A stretch of 63,978 nucleotides of DNA, counting the filler, from Dimargaris cristalligena (taxonomy: Eukaryota): assembly GCA_003614675.1 (NCBI GenBank). It is 4 parts of 4 records of this genome, joined end to end, with 100 filler letters (N's around TTAATTAATTAA, not from the genome) between each part and the next. Parts side by side here need not be neighbours in the genome. Positions count along the whole stretch, not along the records: positions 1 to 16,055 come from ML002861.1; 3 more parts are not named here. One strand, written 5' to 3'. Shown here one piece after another: positions 1 through 12,718 of this stretch. The notes under the pieces are model-generated. The model ran no database searches. It was not told the origin of the DNA and was given only the letters and a program-made list of their open reading frames with translations. Each line of letters starts with the position of its first letter. Position 1 is the first letter of the stretch. The translations under genes and the position numbers were made by a program.

Positions 1-68
1 GGTATAAAATATAATAATAGAAAAAACAATATAATAATGAAAATGGAGGAAAAATGACCATACTTGTC

Positions 69-168
69 AGGGGCAGGGGCTCATTCACTCATCAGGGACG
101 TACTTCCGATAAGTGGGAAAAATAGATAAAAAATAAAAATAGGTAAAAAATGTGGTAAGTTCACCACA
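69..168 (+). repeat. Dispersed repeat R1, second copy at 16156-16255
   Basis: AGGGGCAGGGGCTCATTCACTCATCAGGG...AAAAAATGTGGTAAGTTCAC matches the start of contig 2 closely. It lies in a CpG-poor region. Confidence 0.85.
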
Positions 169-898
169 AATAGTATTTTTTCCATTAGTATTTTTTATTT
201 TCCTATATACCCTTGACTAAGCTACACCCCTGTCCCTAACTGGACTATACCCCTGCATTCACAATGCCCCTGGCCTGACTGAACCACTATTCAAAGTACA
301 GTTAAAAAAGTTGATCATCACCTTTCCCTTTTTATTATCTATTTTTCAAATAAAGTTCAGTTTTCAAGGATTTAATTTCAGATATTTATACCCCCTCTTC
401 CTCTCTATCCCCCCATCCCCCACTAATACTGATATTAGGGATACCATATTAAATACTCACCCTACTGAAATTAATTTACTACAAAGTACCTAGGCCCTTA
501 TAAAAGGTTGTCACTAATTTATTAGCAAAGACCCCATTACCTACCTACCTACTACTCACCTTGAACACCACTGTCTGATTCAGTGGCATATGGGGTGGTT
601 ACCAGGTTGCTATGAGGATTGCCCATGTGGTACTGGCTACACATCCCAAAATACTCCCTCATCCCCCACCCACTACTTAATACACTACCATCCCCCCTAA
701 TAGATACTAACCCCATTGATTTTGCTATCTCCTCCCTACCAACATCCCTCCACTACCCCTACTATTTTTAGGTCCCCCTCCTTAAAATACTACTGTATAT
801 TAACCATATATGCCACCCTGATACCATATTTCCCCTAGAGAACTCAGGCTCAATTTGGTCTACTATCACTGCAGTCAACCCCCTAACTATATAGTTCT

Positions 899-1119
899 TG
901 CAACCCTCAGAGGAGGTGAATGGTCCCAGGTTTGGACAATCCCTTATCCTGACCAATGAGAATGCTCCATCTAACCCCCTCACTATAGTGGCCCCTTCAG
1001 AATAGGCAGCAAATGGTAGTTGCTCTATCCAGACACTAGAATTGTAGATATAAAAAGCAGTAATGCCTTGGGTACTCAAAAGTCCTTCATATTTCAATAA
1101 AGTACTTATTATAATTACA
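899..1119 (+). mobile_element. Solo-LTR-like repeat, second copy inverted at 31409-31624
   Basis: Starts TGCAACCCTC and ends ATTACA. Contains CCAATGAGA, GATATAAAA and AATAAA in LTR-like order. Aligns by eye with the reverse complement of 31409-31624. Flanks GTTCT/ATCCT could be a transition-decayed 5-bp TSD. Confidence 0.6.
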
Positions 1120-2010
1120 ATCCTATTCTCCAAACCCTACTTGATATTATTAATTACCTATCCCCACTTGGCACCCCATTATATTCTGAGCTATAACTCC
1201 ACCCCCCTTTTTTCTTTTTTTCTTTTCTCTTTTTTCCCCAATATCTCTAATCCTACTCAAATTTGATAGTCACTGGTAGGTAAAGTGTGAATAAAGTAAT
1301 GTAGTGATCTGTGGCAATATCCCTTTGAAAGTAACCCCTGGACATCCACCTTTAATTCACTACCAGCCCTATCACCCCCCTCTGTTAAAGTTTTACTGTA
1401 AGGTCCTACTACTAAGTAGTGGTGACCAATACTTTCTTTTATTTAATGCCCCCAGGGGGGAGATTTAAAATGCTGTAGAGGTGCTACTCTTTGCAACCCT
1501 GTATAAATAAAATATGACTATTCTTCTTCCAACATATGGCCATAACTGAAAAATTTCAAAAAAAAAAAAAACTAAGATATATTGGCTACTCATTAAGGAT
1601 GGTATTTGTACAAAATGGAGATATAGTTGACCCAATACTACATTATGGCTTAAGCCAATTAGTAGGACAGCTATTTACTGGGGCATAATTGGTATTATAT
1701 ATAAAAATTTAACTCATAAATGATAATGCTTGCTATAACACTATTTCAACCAAGAGCCCGGAATTATTAAGAAATGAGTATGGCCCAATAAAACTAGGAT
1801 TAGAAATGGACTATATCGCTTTGGGAATAGTGGCAGCCTCTTCACTTTCAATTGGAAAAGCCCGACTTAGCCCACTGGCTTTTGATAGTGCTTAACCGAG
1901 TCGGACTTACCTCAAACTTAGTTAAATAGTGATACTGAACAACCTTACAACTGTTTATCCAAATTCGGGTCAAATCAAATTGGCATGTCTGGTATAGTTT
2001 TATTGAGAGA

Positions 2011-3315
2011 TCATAGCTCGGTTTTATCCTTCTTTCGCTTCTCTTTCTTGGGTTTCTTGTCCTTTTTGATTTTCTTTTCTTTTTTGTCCTTGGACTTCTT
2101 TTTCGATGCCCGGTCCTTCGATTGGGACTTTGCCGTGACTTCGTTGCCATTTCCTAGCGATTTTACATGTATGATACTGGCCACCTTTAGACTTGATTCT
2201 GTTGAAGTACCCTGGTCCAGCAATTTATCCGGGTCAACCCGCCGAAGTTTACCCGTTTGGCGCCCCCGGGCTCCTTTGGCGGCTACACTTCCACCGCAAG
2301 CCAAAAACAGTTCCTGGTCGGTGAGATTCACGCTATAGTCTCGTCGCTCGTTGGTCGCGGTTTCCGATCGCCTCCGTTTCCCGTGACCATCACTGGTCGA
2401 GTTATGGACCAGGTTGGTGGCGGTGACAGTGTTGGAGCTTTTGACAAACATACTCCCCAGACCGGGTGCGGCCGTTTCCAAAGACGAAGAGTCGCCAATG
2501 GCATCACCATCGTCGCTGTTGTCCTTATTCGACACAATGGGCGCGGCCCCGTGTTTTTCGGTGGCCACATCAATTTTTTGGCCCGTTTGGATTTGTACCT
2601 ACCACACGAATAGATAAATGTAGGGAGGGGCGATTGGTGATGAGACGTAGAGTTTGATGATCTAATAATAAATAATAGTATAGAATAAATAGGCATCGCT
2701 AAACATATAGAAACTATTGAACTTACTGAGCCACACTTGGTATCGACCTGAATATTCACCGCACTTTTGTTGTAAATATGATCCCACCAGGCAAAGTCGT
2801 AGCTCCCATTATTGGCCCCGACCTGGAGTAGAACAGTAGCGTATTTCATAGTTTGTGATCGGACAATATTGGTATAGTCGGGTTAGTAGGAGTTGGATTT
2901 CCGTTTAGTCGCCCGTCGTTTACAGCGACTAATTGTCATCCGTGGAATATGGGTAAAGTAAAAGGGAATGGCGGGTAGCTCTAGCTACACGATGCTCCTT
3001 ACCCCCTTCGAATCGGTTTTCTTGGATACAACGAGTGCCTTTGTAATGCCAGTCTTGTCTTTTCCGAGACCTTCGCCTCTGGTGGTTTGTAAATCGATGG
3101 GGTACGATATATATGCGAATGTAAAGGGTCACTTAGTAATTAATAAAAGACCCGGTGACAGACAGTTATGAAATTGTCAGTTCGAGGGTTCGTTAAAGAC
3201 TACTGGGTCGTTAAAGCAACGATAGGTATGCGTTCTACATTCCATGTTGGCAGGTGACTTACTTTGACCAGCCAAATTTAGCCAGCTGGGCGGCTCCGAA
3301 GCCCGAGAGGGTCAT
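2011..3315 (-). CDS. G-patch domain protein, GPATCH4/Tma23-like nucleolar factor (4 exons: 3263-3315, ~3003-3078, 2727-2822, 2011-2598)
   Basis: Spliced translation MTLSGFGAAQLAKFGWSKGEGLGKDKTGITKAL (G-patch), then DFAWWDHIYNKS and LTDQELFLACGG..AKGAR..GKLRR motifs and a KKEK-rich tail. GT-AG introns are phase-consistent. Confidence 0.85.
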
Positions 3316-4083
3316 TGCGTTCGCAGGTGTTGCTAACGGGATGGGCCTGGTATGGTCGGAATAGCTAGGGAATTGAGGAACTAGGAGTTCAAATTAGCTT
3401 AAGGGACGAAGGTTTATTTGGGATATTGAAAATAAATAAATAAGAGTGTTCTGTAGGATAGGACCTTCACAACTGAGCTGGAAAGTGTACTTAGGCCCTC
3501 ATGCCTTACTTGTGGCCCTTTCGGTTTAGCAGCTTGAAGGAATTCCGTCGGCCGGGGTTATTTTTTTCTTTTTTACATTTAGAATTGGACTGCTCCATCT
3601 CTATTCATCCCCGTCAATTTCATAAAACGAAGACCCGTAGACAATATATATTTTATCACGTGATCATAATTTTATATGGATGACCCTTTGTAGTTATTAG
3701 CCAATTGCCCATGGCATTTGTTATGGGAAAGTTATTGGGATCACTTGGGACTATATGTTGTACGGCTCTATTCCCCCAACCAAAGGGCAGCCCCCCCCCA
3801 CCCACAGGGCGAATAATCTATCAGGCCAACGAGCAAATGCGGATGATTGCGACCGTACCGATGCCGGATGACACCGCTCCGTGTTTTACCGCACATTACT
3901 TACAGAGACGTGGGGGAGGGCTGTAGCTGAATAGGCCCAACAATCTCCCTTTGGAACTAGACAGGGTCACCACAGCCAGAGTATAGTAATCCTCCCACTG
4001 TTTTGACTACAACTTCCCCCTTTTTTACCGTTACCCAGCTGATTCCTCTTCATTTATCCCTCCTCTTCAACTCTTCTATCAAC

Positions 4084-4764
4084 ATGGCCTTCGAATCTAT
4101 CGTCAACCGCCGCAACCGCGTTCCCGAACTTCAGCGTCTCTACCAGGTAGGGAGGAACTTCGTAGATTAACCGACACAATAGAGCAGTCCACCTAGCTAC
4201 GCCCAGCCCCGTAACCTTGAAGTATAACCCTATATTTGAATGGAAAGATTCGACTGTAGATTAGTTGGAGGTCAAAGTGCAATTTAAGAGAATCGGTCGA
4301 ATCCGGCCAACTCACCTACCGTTATTGCCATATGCTACATATATCCCTTTGCTTTCTTATACCCCCTTGTTTACAGACGAACCTGAAGGCCCCCATCTAC
4401 CTTCGCGGTGGTCCCCGTGACAAGATCGTTGTCTACGGCGCCTACTCCCTACTGGCCTTTGGTGTTGCCCTGACCGGCTACGAATTCTCCAAGCTGCTCC
4501 GCGTAAGTTCCCTCCACTTAACTATTCCCCCTTAATACAAACCCTGTGCCATCTTGGTTTGTAGTATGCGTAAACATATCTTTAATACCGTTACCCTTCT
4601 TGAACTTCCAATACGGTATTATCGGTCCGAGGATTACTTTCACCAACATCCTCTATTACAATTAAACTAATCCCCACCCGCATTATACAATATTCTATTA
4701 TTTTATTATGCAATTACCGTTGCTATAATTTGTCGACCTTCACAAACAGGGAATCAAGGAGTAA
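4084..4764 (+). CDS. COX7: Cytochrome c oxidase subunit VII (3 exons: 4084-4146, 4377-4502, 4750-4764; 67 aa)
   Basis: Spliced product MAFESIVNRRNRVPELQRLYQTNLKAPIYLRGGPRDKIVVYGAYSLLAFGVALTGYEFSKLLRGIKE has the Cox7/COX7A pattern (NxVxxLQxxxQ, one TM helix, C-terminal GIK). Confidence 0.85.
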
Positions 4765-5058
4765 TTTCGCCACTTATGGGGAGACATTTCCCTGTCTAAC
4801 CTCGTGTACCCTAAGTCGCCCCAATGCTTGGTCTGGAATGTACTATGCTATCCACTCTATATTCCGCCGAATCTCCTCCGTCCTGTCACAGCACTTTTCT
4901 CCCTGGTCAATTCCCAACCCTTCTATAGTAAGGCTTAGTACTCGCTAAGCGAAGGGCCAGGGTCAGATTTACCTGGGCTCCTGTTTAGATATGGAATAAA
5001 GTATTTATTCATAAAGTAACCCCCCCTTTTTTTTTCATCGCTAGCCAATTATACATTT

Positions 5059-5194
5059 GGGTGAAATTCGGCCCAGCTGTATAATGGTTTAAATGATAAG
5101 TATATGGGAAAATATATGGAAGATTTATTTTTAACCAGTAATTTTTGCTTCAACTAACGGACTTTTCGTTATACAGTTCGGTTGAATCTCTCAC
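5059..5194. mobile_element. 136-bp MITE, copy 1
   Basis: Imperfect ~25-bp TIRs (GGGTGAAATTCGGCCCAGCTGTATA / TATACAGTTCGGTTGAATCTCTCAC). Flanked by ATTT on both sides (direct 4-bp duplication). Confidence 0.85.
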
Positions 5195-5708
5195 ATTTTA
5201 ACATGGCCCATGGTGGCAGTCTCTTATCAGTTGCTGTGAGGGTATACAGCCGAAATAATAGTTACCGGTTTGATGCTAAATGAATAATCGCGGGTATTTT
5301 TATGCCTAATCTTCCTGCCCTTATATATACAAATGTCCAATGTGTATATATAAATCCAAGCTGTTCTAGTCCGGTATTTGTAATATAAACCTAAGTCACA
5401 TATCGGTTGTGTATTCAATGAGGATGATATAATGTTGGTATTTACATGAAAATATATACAGCAAATAGGGCTGAATAGGGTTATAATTAAAAGAGGCAGT
5501 AGAGTGTACCAATGATATCCTAATATAGGCACTTCCACCCTACCCGCCCACTCCACTTACCTTGCCACAGTGCGTGGATAATGTTACAGGTGAAGCTGAT
5601 TTGTGGATACTATATGACCAGAGTCTTACTACATACATTAGCACCCCCCCATACTAGGCTGATTTTCGGTTCTTTTTTTGAAGCACCATATTTCCTTTCA
5701 TTTACACA

Positions 5709-6167
5709 ATGTCGATTCCCTCGTACTCGCTCTGCCGGTCGGCCCAGCAATTAGGCCGTGTCGTGGCCCCGGCTGTTACTCGCACAACTTCCCAATCGAC
5801 CGCTCTCCTCCATTCATCGGCGATTTGCGCTGATCTACCAGCCGAATCCAGCCCGGCCACCTCAGCCGCCGCCACCACCGATTCGACCGCGGTCGCCGAA
5901 ACCAGGCCCCCCCAGTATATCAAGGTCCGTCAATACCGTTCGACCATTGGTTTACACAAGAAGATCCGGAATATCGCCGATGCTATGGGTCTGAAGCGAA
6001 ATGGTACCGTTAAGGTGTTCCCCGTCGCCCCCAACGTGGTGGGTAACTTGGTGTACCTTAAGGAAATCATCAAAGTTGAACTCGTCAATACCCAGGAAAT
6101 CGTTAAAGTAAGCCCTGAGAAGGGCTACAAGGTTGTTGGAAAATACGAAGCCAACCCCTACCTTTAG
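5709..6167 (+). CDS. MRPL33: Mitochondrial ribosomal protein uL30m (yeast Mrpl33)
   Basis: Ser/Ala/Arg-rich presequence, then an L30 domain YIKVRQYRSTIGLHKKIRNIADAMGLKRNGTV...VGNLVYLKEIIKVE. Confidence 0.9.
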   Translation: MSIPSYSLCRSAQQLGRVVAPAVTRTTSQSTALLHSSAICADLPAESSPATSAAATTDSTAVAETRPPQYIKVRQYRSTIGLHKKIRNIADAMGLKRNGTVKVFPVAPNVVGNLVYLKEIIKVELVNTQEIVKVSPEKGYKVVGKYEANPYL

Positions 6168-6562
6168 TCCGTCATGCTGCGTGCTCTGGGTTTTTATTGA
6201 CTATACTGTATTGTGAGTGTGCGCTGTTTACAAAATCACTTATCCGAGACCAACGTATATCTCCATTTAAACAACTATAGGGGGAATAAAAATATTATTA
6301 TGTTTACAGATTAATTTGCGTGCAAGGTAAAGTTATGGGCGCTTTTACCCTAATTCTGTCAGAAATGGTCATCGGATAACGAAGACAACTTTGGTGGACC
6401 CGTCTGCCTCGTGGATTCATATTCTGGTTTAAATAATGTGCTTGCGAGTGGTTCGAATGTATAGTATGCTAATTGTAGTACAGATTCTGAAGTAAGCAAT
6501 GAGATTCATTGATCGAGAGCATGGCCAAGAAGATTCTCGGGCGATTCTAATCATTCCACTCA

Positions 6563-9500
6563 TTACATACATGAGGTAGTCAGTCGATAGACCTTCGCCC
6601 GGATCTTGAGCAGATAGTTCTGGTTATTTAACGAATCGACGAAGTCCTGGAAGTCGTCGTACTGCAAATTTATGACTAATACCCGTTATTTCCGGGGGGG
6701 GGGTATTAAGTGGTAGTAGGGGGAAAATAAATGCATTTGACGGATTAGGGATAATTGCGCTACGGGGGATAAAAAAATACACGCGGTATCGCTGATGATC
6801 GAAAAATAAATAGTGTACCTAAACTGTGTATAATGGTGGCCCACACATCACAGCAAATCGCTTAGACTCGATATCTGAAACGCAACCGCCATCGTAGGCT
6901 GTGTCTATACTTACCCTGGGCAGCCTGGTACAGCTGTTGATAGGTGAATGTACTATTGTACGTTTCGTCGACCATTTTCTGCAAGTGCGAAATAAACCGT
7001 TTGGGCTCTGCACGTCTACTCATACCGGTACCCATTTGCGACCGGGAAAAGTCCAAGTCACCCACGCCGTCTTCGAACGCCTCAAATAGGCTATACTGCA
7101 TGAGATGGACGATATCCATCGCGTCCTCCTGAGTTACAAGCTCGCGTAGTTCCATGCGGGCCCGCGCTTCGGCGAGCCGAATGAGCGACTCAAGCTGGCG
7201 GGTGGTAATAGGCGTGGAGTCTACGGCCTGGCGCTTATTTCGCAGGGTGAGATAAAAATCCTGCAAGGTGGTGCACGCTTCAGGCGAAAGTACCGGCTGT
7301 ACGTACTTACGGGCATACGCGATGTATTTACGCAGAAGAGGAGCGGGAACTAGATCGAGCTGTTCTCCTCGGTTCAGACGCACTTTGGCCAACAAGGGTG
7401 ACGGGTTGTCGCTGGCGTCGAACAAAGCCCGTGCATCGCCCTGGGAGGCGGGGAGTTGACTAGGGGTTGGATTGGACTGGCTATTGTAAGTCTCTTTGGT
7501 ATCATTGGCTGCGGAATGGATATTCATAATATGCTCAGACAGGAACTGGTCGCGCTGTAAATTGGGTTTATCCAACATAATGAAAATGAGGTCAAACCGG
7601 GATAAAAGGGCGCTACCCATTTTGAGATTCTCCGACACCGTCTTGGATTTATTGTAATGGCCTCCTACGGGATTGGCCGCGGCAATAACGCTGGTGCGCG
7701 CAGGGAGACTGCACACAATACCGGCCTTGGCAATACTAATGGACTGTTGTTCCATAGCCTCCAGGAGGGCGTTATGGTCAGATGACATTTTGTCGAACTC
7801 GTCAATACAGCAGCACCCTTGGTCACCCAGCACCAAAGCACCTATGATGGAAAGATGGGATAATAATAATAATAGATATAGTAATGCACCTGGTCCGAAG
7901 GCCGTTAGAATGGCTTGAGTTAAGGCCCTATATAAGGATATCCTCCGGAAACAGACGAAAAGAAAAGTACTCCCCGCCGGGACTGTTCAACATGGCAGTC
8001 AAAAAGACTTAGGAAATGAATGAGTGTTCAAATAGGCGCTTACCTGCTTCCAAGGCAAAATCGCCCGTTGCACTATCCTTGCAAATGGTGACGGTTAGCC
8101 CGCAGGCCGAGGTGCCGCTGCTTCCGCAGACGTAAACCCCCCGGGGGGCCACATTGACCGCGGCATTAAGCATTTGTGATTTACCCATACCCGGGTCCCC
8201 AACCACCAGAATGTGGGGATCCGAACGAATTGGTATATGGTTCTTTCCGTCCTGGAAGGTTCGACGCTTACCACCAAACTGGCAAAGAAGGATCCCAGCT
8301 TTTATGAGTTCATTTCCGTAGATGGTCGGACAAAATGAGTTTACAATTAGACGGAATAGCTGGGGCTCTTTGAAGAGTTCCCGGATAAACTGTAGGTCCT
8401 TGTGGTTAAATTGAATCGCGTCTTTGCTACTAGTATCGTTGCCTGTGTCGTGCTCTCCGGAACTACCTTGAGAGCCACCTGCCGTGGGTGATCCTCCTAC
8501 TCGGGAAATCGACACAACGTCAAGATACAGCATGTACATGGCATTCTGGCTTTTGCCTCGACTGGGTCCCATGTCGTTGGCTTGAAGTACTTTAACGACG
8601 CCCGTGCAATTCACGACATCCCCGGGCAGTACTGCGTCAACCAGGTCGTGGGTTAGCTCACATTCTACCGTTCGTGGCACCCGCCCCGAGTCCAAGCGGT
8701 CGTCCGCAAACTTTTCCTGGATGCGAATCTTTTGCCAGTCTACGGTTTGAGTATCGCCTTGGGTACCCCGCTCGGGGAAGAATTCGCGGGTTTTGCAACC
8801 GGGGGTAGTGCATTTAGCTGGCTTGATGTATTTGCCGTCGTGCGCCTTGAGAGTTTGTCGCCGGCTGCAGCTAGCACATTTGAACGAAATCTGGGTCAGG
8901 AGTGGTTTGACCAGTGATGTACGCACCACTGGGTGTAGCAAGCAAACCAAGTAGAGGTATATGTATTCGTGATCACAAGTCTTTGGGAAATCTTAGATTA
9001 AAGACCAACTAACCGAATGGAAAGGGGAAATTATGTTTCAGTATGCTATGTCTATAGAAACTTACCGGTCCCTCGAATGCAAACCAATTTTCCTACAATT
9101 GATATTATATTTTATTTTTTGAATGTGGCATAGTTTGTAGTTACGAATGAGTCAAGGTCACCAATACTAAAGTTACCGCCAGAGTCCAAGAACTAGGGCT
9201 GGCTCTAGCTATTTAAACTATAGGATATGGGCCTTCCCAAAAATAAACGCTCCGCGAACTTACCGACAAGGTTGGACTTGAGACTCTTTAGTGGAGTGAT
9301 CGGTTCGTAGTGAACTAGGCGGACGTATATTTTGGATCTTAAATTGGACGAATCGGGTGTTTCGGGGTTAAGGCCGCGTTGTCGGAGGGACTATTTGAAT
9401 TTATGGTAGCGATTAGGATATATATGACAACGTGGAAACGCAGTGGTGGCTTAAGTTAGTCGGGATATGCCTAGAACATCGCCCTACTGGGTGTGCCCAC

Positions 9501-10414
9501 GTTATATCAACCCAAACAGTGCTCTATGCGGTAGTCTAACTTAAAAATACGCCCTTACCGCAGAAAGTGCCAACCCCATGGCACTCAAGACCGAAAGGGG
9601 CTTAGTGGATAATATTCGAGTCAAGAATTCGCCGTGTTCGCCGTCGATCAGGTCTGAATAGTAAACGGCAACACTGTTGGTTAACGAATTCTGCCGAATT
9701 GAATAACAGTGCCATATAGACAGTCCCAAGAGCACAAATCACATGGTCAGGTGGCGCGATATTAAAAGGCGGTTAGTATATTCGTATAATAGATACACCC
9801 GACATACCGTTATTGTAGATTCCCAAGACATACATTTGTTAAATAAATGAATCCAAATGGGTGAATATGTAGTACTATTTATTGATATATGTCCACTTAC
9901 GGGTGTGGTGCGCCTAGCCTGAAAATACGCATGCATCTGGTCTAATAGTTTCTTCAGCTGGTCATCTTCATCCAAGCCTAGGGAAGAAGGGAGGTGTCAC
10001 AATAAATATAACCCAGGAATTAGGTTCGGTTCAAGGACAATAGGCCACAGTCGAACTTACCGAGCCTTACGAATATCGCTGGAAGACTGCTAGCTCGAGG
10101 AAATCGCGGCTGGGGATAAAGCGTTTAGCTAAGCGACTGGATTCAGTTTCTGTCATACATAGAGCCGATAGAGTCCTACCCAATTCGAGAGCATACACGC
10201 GCAGTCAATATTACATATGGTTTATGCGAGGGCTCCTTATTGTAGTAAGACTTAAGGGACTGCATATACGGAAGAACTACTACACAAATCAAACATTTTG
10301 TTAGTCGGTTGTATTTGGCCTACCTTTGTTAGGAAAATATATCTCCCATTCTGGATATCCTTCCCAATCAATATCGTCAGGGACAAAGTCAAGGCGCGGT
10401 CGTTTGAATGCCAT
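6563..10414 (-). CDS. MCM8: DNA helicase MCM8 (8 exons)
   Basis: MCM AAA+ core: Walker A GDPGMGKSQML, CCIDEFDKM, LLSRFDL, PITTRQLESLIRLAEARA. MCM8-type N-terminus (YPEWEIYF; VRLVHYEPITPLKSLK) and C-terminus (FVDSLNNQNYLLK). Approximate exons: 10324-10414, 9901-9977, 9559-9690, 9264-9390, 9066-9092, 8044-8929, 6914-7841, 6563-6675. Confidence 0.92.
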
Positions 10415-11124
10415 GTTGTAAATGCTACTATGCGACTAGACCAGGTCGCTGGATACAGTAGTTGGTAACGGGAATCGCCACGAGTGTGTGAGAGAGGGAG
10501 GGAGAGAGGAGAAAACTAAAGAGTCCTAATTGAGTCGCTAATGGGCAAATGGGACAACGATAAAAAGGGGACCGGAAATTGATAAATAGAAGTGACAGGT
10601 CAATGGCAGAGAAAAAAATGATTTCCAGAGAGGTGAGCCGCAATTTCGAGTTTATCAAACCAAAACTACTTTACAACCAAACAAGGCAAAAAGAGCTCTA
10701 CTAGGTTCGTTGTATGCAGTTCTCTATAAAATAGTATACAGGTTAACTAACTACGTTCGTATACGCTGCGAGCATAGGAACTGCGGCACCCTGTTACGAA
10801 ATACAATGGGAAGCTGGCGGGACTTGCACTTCGTAGTAAAAATAATACTGAGGAATTGGAAACGATTCTCTTTTCCGAGCAAGAACCTCATGGAAACCGA
10901 AGGCTGACCAAGCTCATCCAGTTTCCTCAACGGTCCGTTCCTTCGTGTACACCTGTTTGTTAGTCTTATTCTCTCGTTCCCCACATGACTATATAATGTC
11001 AGCTTTCACTTCTTCTGTCCATTCCCACCCCCATTTCTAGCCATTTTCTCTCCATTCCCTCCTGAGCCGTCTCGAGCCTAAGTTTCTTACCACATTCCCT
11101 AGTCCTTTACCAGTTAATTAGGTC

Positions 11125-12066
11125 ATGGCGTCACAATATCGGTAGGTGGTTTGTATAGCGACCCTCATTGTACTGCGTTATTACTCATCTGGGGTTGCCC
11201 TTATACCTGCTTCAGTCTAGTAGCGAGTTCTCTTGGCCATACCCCTGTGTGGGCAATTGCCTCACCTCTAATCGATGCCAGACAACTTTTTGCTCGGAGT
11301 TTATCTGAGCACTGAATGGCAGTGGTGTCCAGGGCATATACCAGCTGGCCTTTTAGAATACACTCGACTTTTTGGTGTAGTTATGGTAGTGGTAAATCGA
11401 AATAACCCTTTATACTTAATTCAAACAACAGTATTGGCTTACCATGTGTTATACCCACTGCAAATATGTAGGTACGAGTGGTATCAGAATGACCGCAATG
11501 TATACCTGAATATTTTTATCAAAACCTCCGCCGACAAAGTCAAGGTTGAATTCAAACCCCAATCCCTGTCCGCTAATATCGACCTTCCCAGCGGGGGCAG
11601 TTACGTGCTTGACCTAGAGCCCTTGACCGGGGCCATTGAACCGGCCGAATCCAATTTCGAGGTTCTGTCCACCAAGGTGGAAATCACTCTCCGTAAGGCG
11701 GTCGTAGGGATCCAGTGGGCCAAGCTGGAAGGTGAATTGGCGAACCCTGCTCCCCGCAGTCAATCAGCGGAAGCCACTGCTAATCCACCCCAGTATCCTT
11801 CCAGTTCGCGTAAACAGCCCGTCAACTGGGACAAGCTCGCCCGCGAAACCGAAAAAGACCCCGAGGAAGCTTCCGCCACGGGTGACCAGGCCGTTAACCA
11901 GCTATTCCAATCCCTTTATAAAGATGCGTCTGAGGAGACCCGCCGGGCCATGATGAAGAGCTTTGTCGAAAGCCAGGGCACCTGTCTAAGCACCGACTGG
12001 AGTGAGGTTAGCAAGGGTAAGGTGGACGTCAAGGCTCCCGATGGCATGGTTCCCAAGAAGTACTAG
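11125..12066 (+). CDS. SGT1: Sgt1 Hsp90 co-chaperone, CS + SGS domains only (exons 11125-11141, 11472-12066; 203 aa)
   Basis: MASQYR|YEWYQ starts the CS domain. SGS motifs YPSSS, NWDKL, NQLFQSLY, RRAMMKSFVESQGTCLSTDW. The ORF-track N-terminus (11275-11471) is intron. Confidence 0.93.
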
Positions 12067-12421
12067 GACATTGGCTCTGCGTATTACTATTGAGGTAATA
12101 ACTGAGGTTGCCGTCATCGTGTATCTGATTCAGCTGGTTGGCGACTTTAGGCCCCATTTATATCTCTAACCCCTTTATTCGCTCTGTCGAACCCAACCCC
12201 CCACCAAGGCTTAAGAATAGCCGCATTGAGCTATGGGCCAAATTCTCCTGAAATAAAGGTAGTATATATTGCTGTTTTTTCCAGTGGGGTAGTTTCGTTT
12301 TGTCATATGTACCATTGGCATAAGATGTTTAAACGTACAGATGGTTCGGAGTTGAATAGTGTACTGATGAAGTTGGGGGGCCAGTTGATTAACCATTGGC
12401 GTTATTAGGCCTGTAGTATGT

Positions 12422-12443
12422 TTAGGGCCTATAGATCACGTGA
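12422..12443 (+). promoter_or_regulatory. Adjacent TTAGGG and TCACGTGA (E-box) motifs upstream of RPL29
   Basis: TTAGGG at 12422 and TCACGTGA at 12436, about 250 bp upstream of the pyrimidine-rich putative start region of RPL29. Function is inferred only. Confidence 0.35.
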
Positions 12444-12718
12444 CTATTATTTCCCCTCACTAAACCAATATTGCAGCATATCCCCCCCATGCGCGGGGGG
12501 GGGGGCTTTGGTCTTTGTGTGCCCCTCCTGAATAGAGAGGCGTGCAAGTTGTGTTGCTTTGAAGGGTTGAATGGCCTGGCTGGGTGTGGTGAAGGTGAGG
12601 GATATCCAAGTAAACTTACAAAGTGGGAGGGCCATATTTGAGTATTCCAATGCCCACTTAGTGTAGATTCTTCCTCTCTCTTTTAGCTTGAAACCCTTAA
12701 TCAATCTAACAGATTTCG

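Noticed and set aside
311..1266. ORFs 311-493, 768-1133 and 1063-1266
   Set aside because: They lie in CpG-depleted repeat DNA overlapping the LTR-like unit and show no recognisable protein motifs.
68..1501. CAGGG...CCCTG as hAT-like terminal inverted repeats
   Set aside because: Complementarity stops after 5 bp and no 8-bp TSD is visible.
11275..11471. N-terminal extension of the 263-aa SGT1 ORF
   Set aside because: It falls inside the GT-AG intron 11142-11471 and is not TPR-like.
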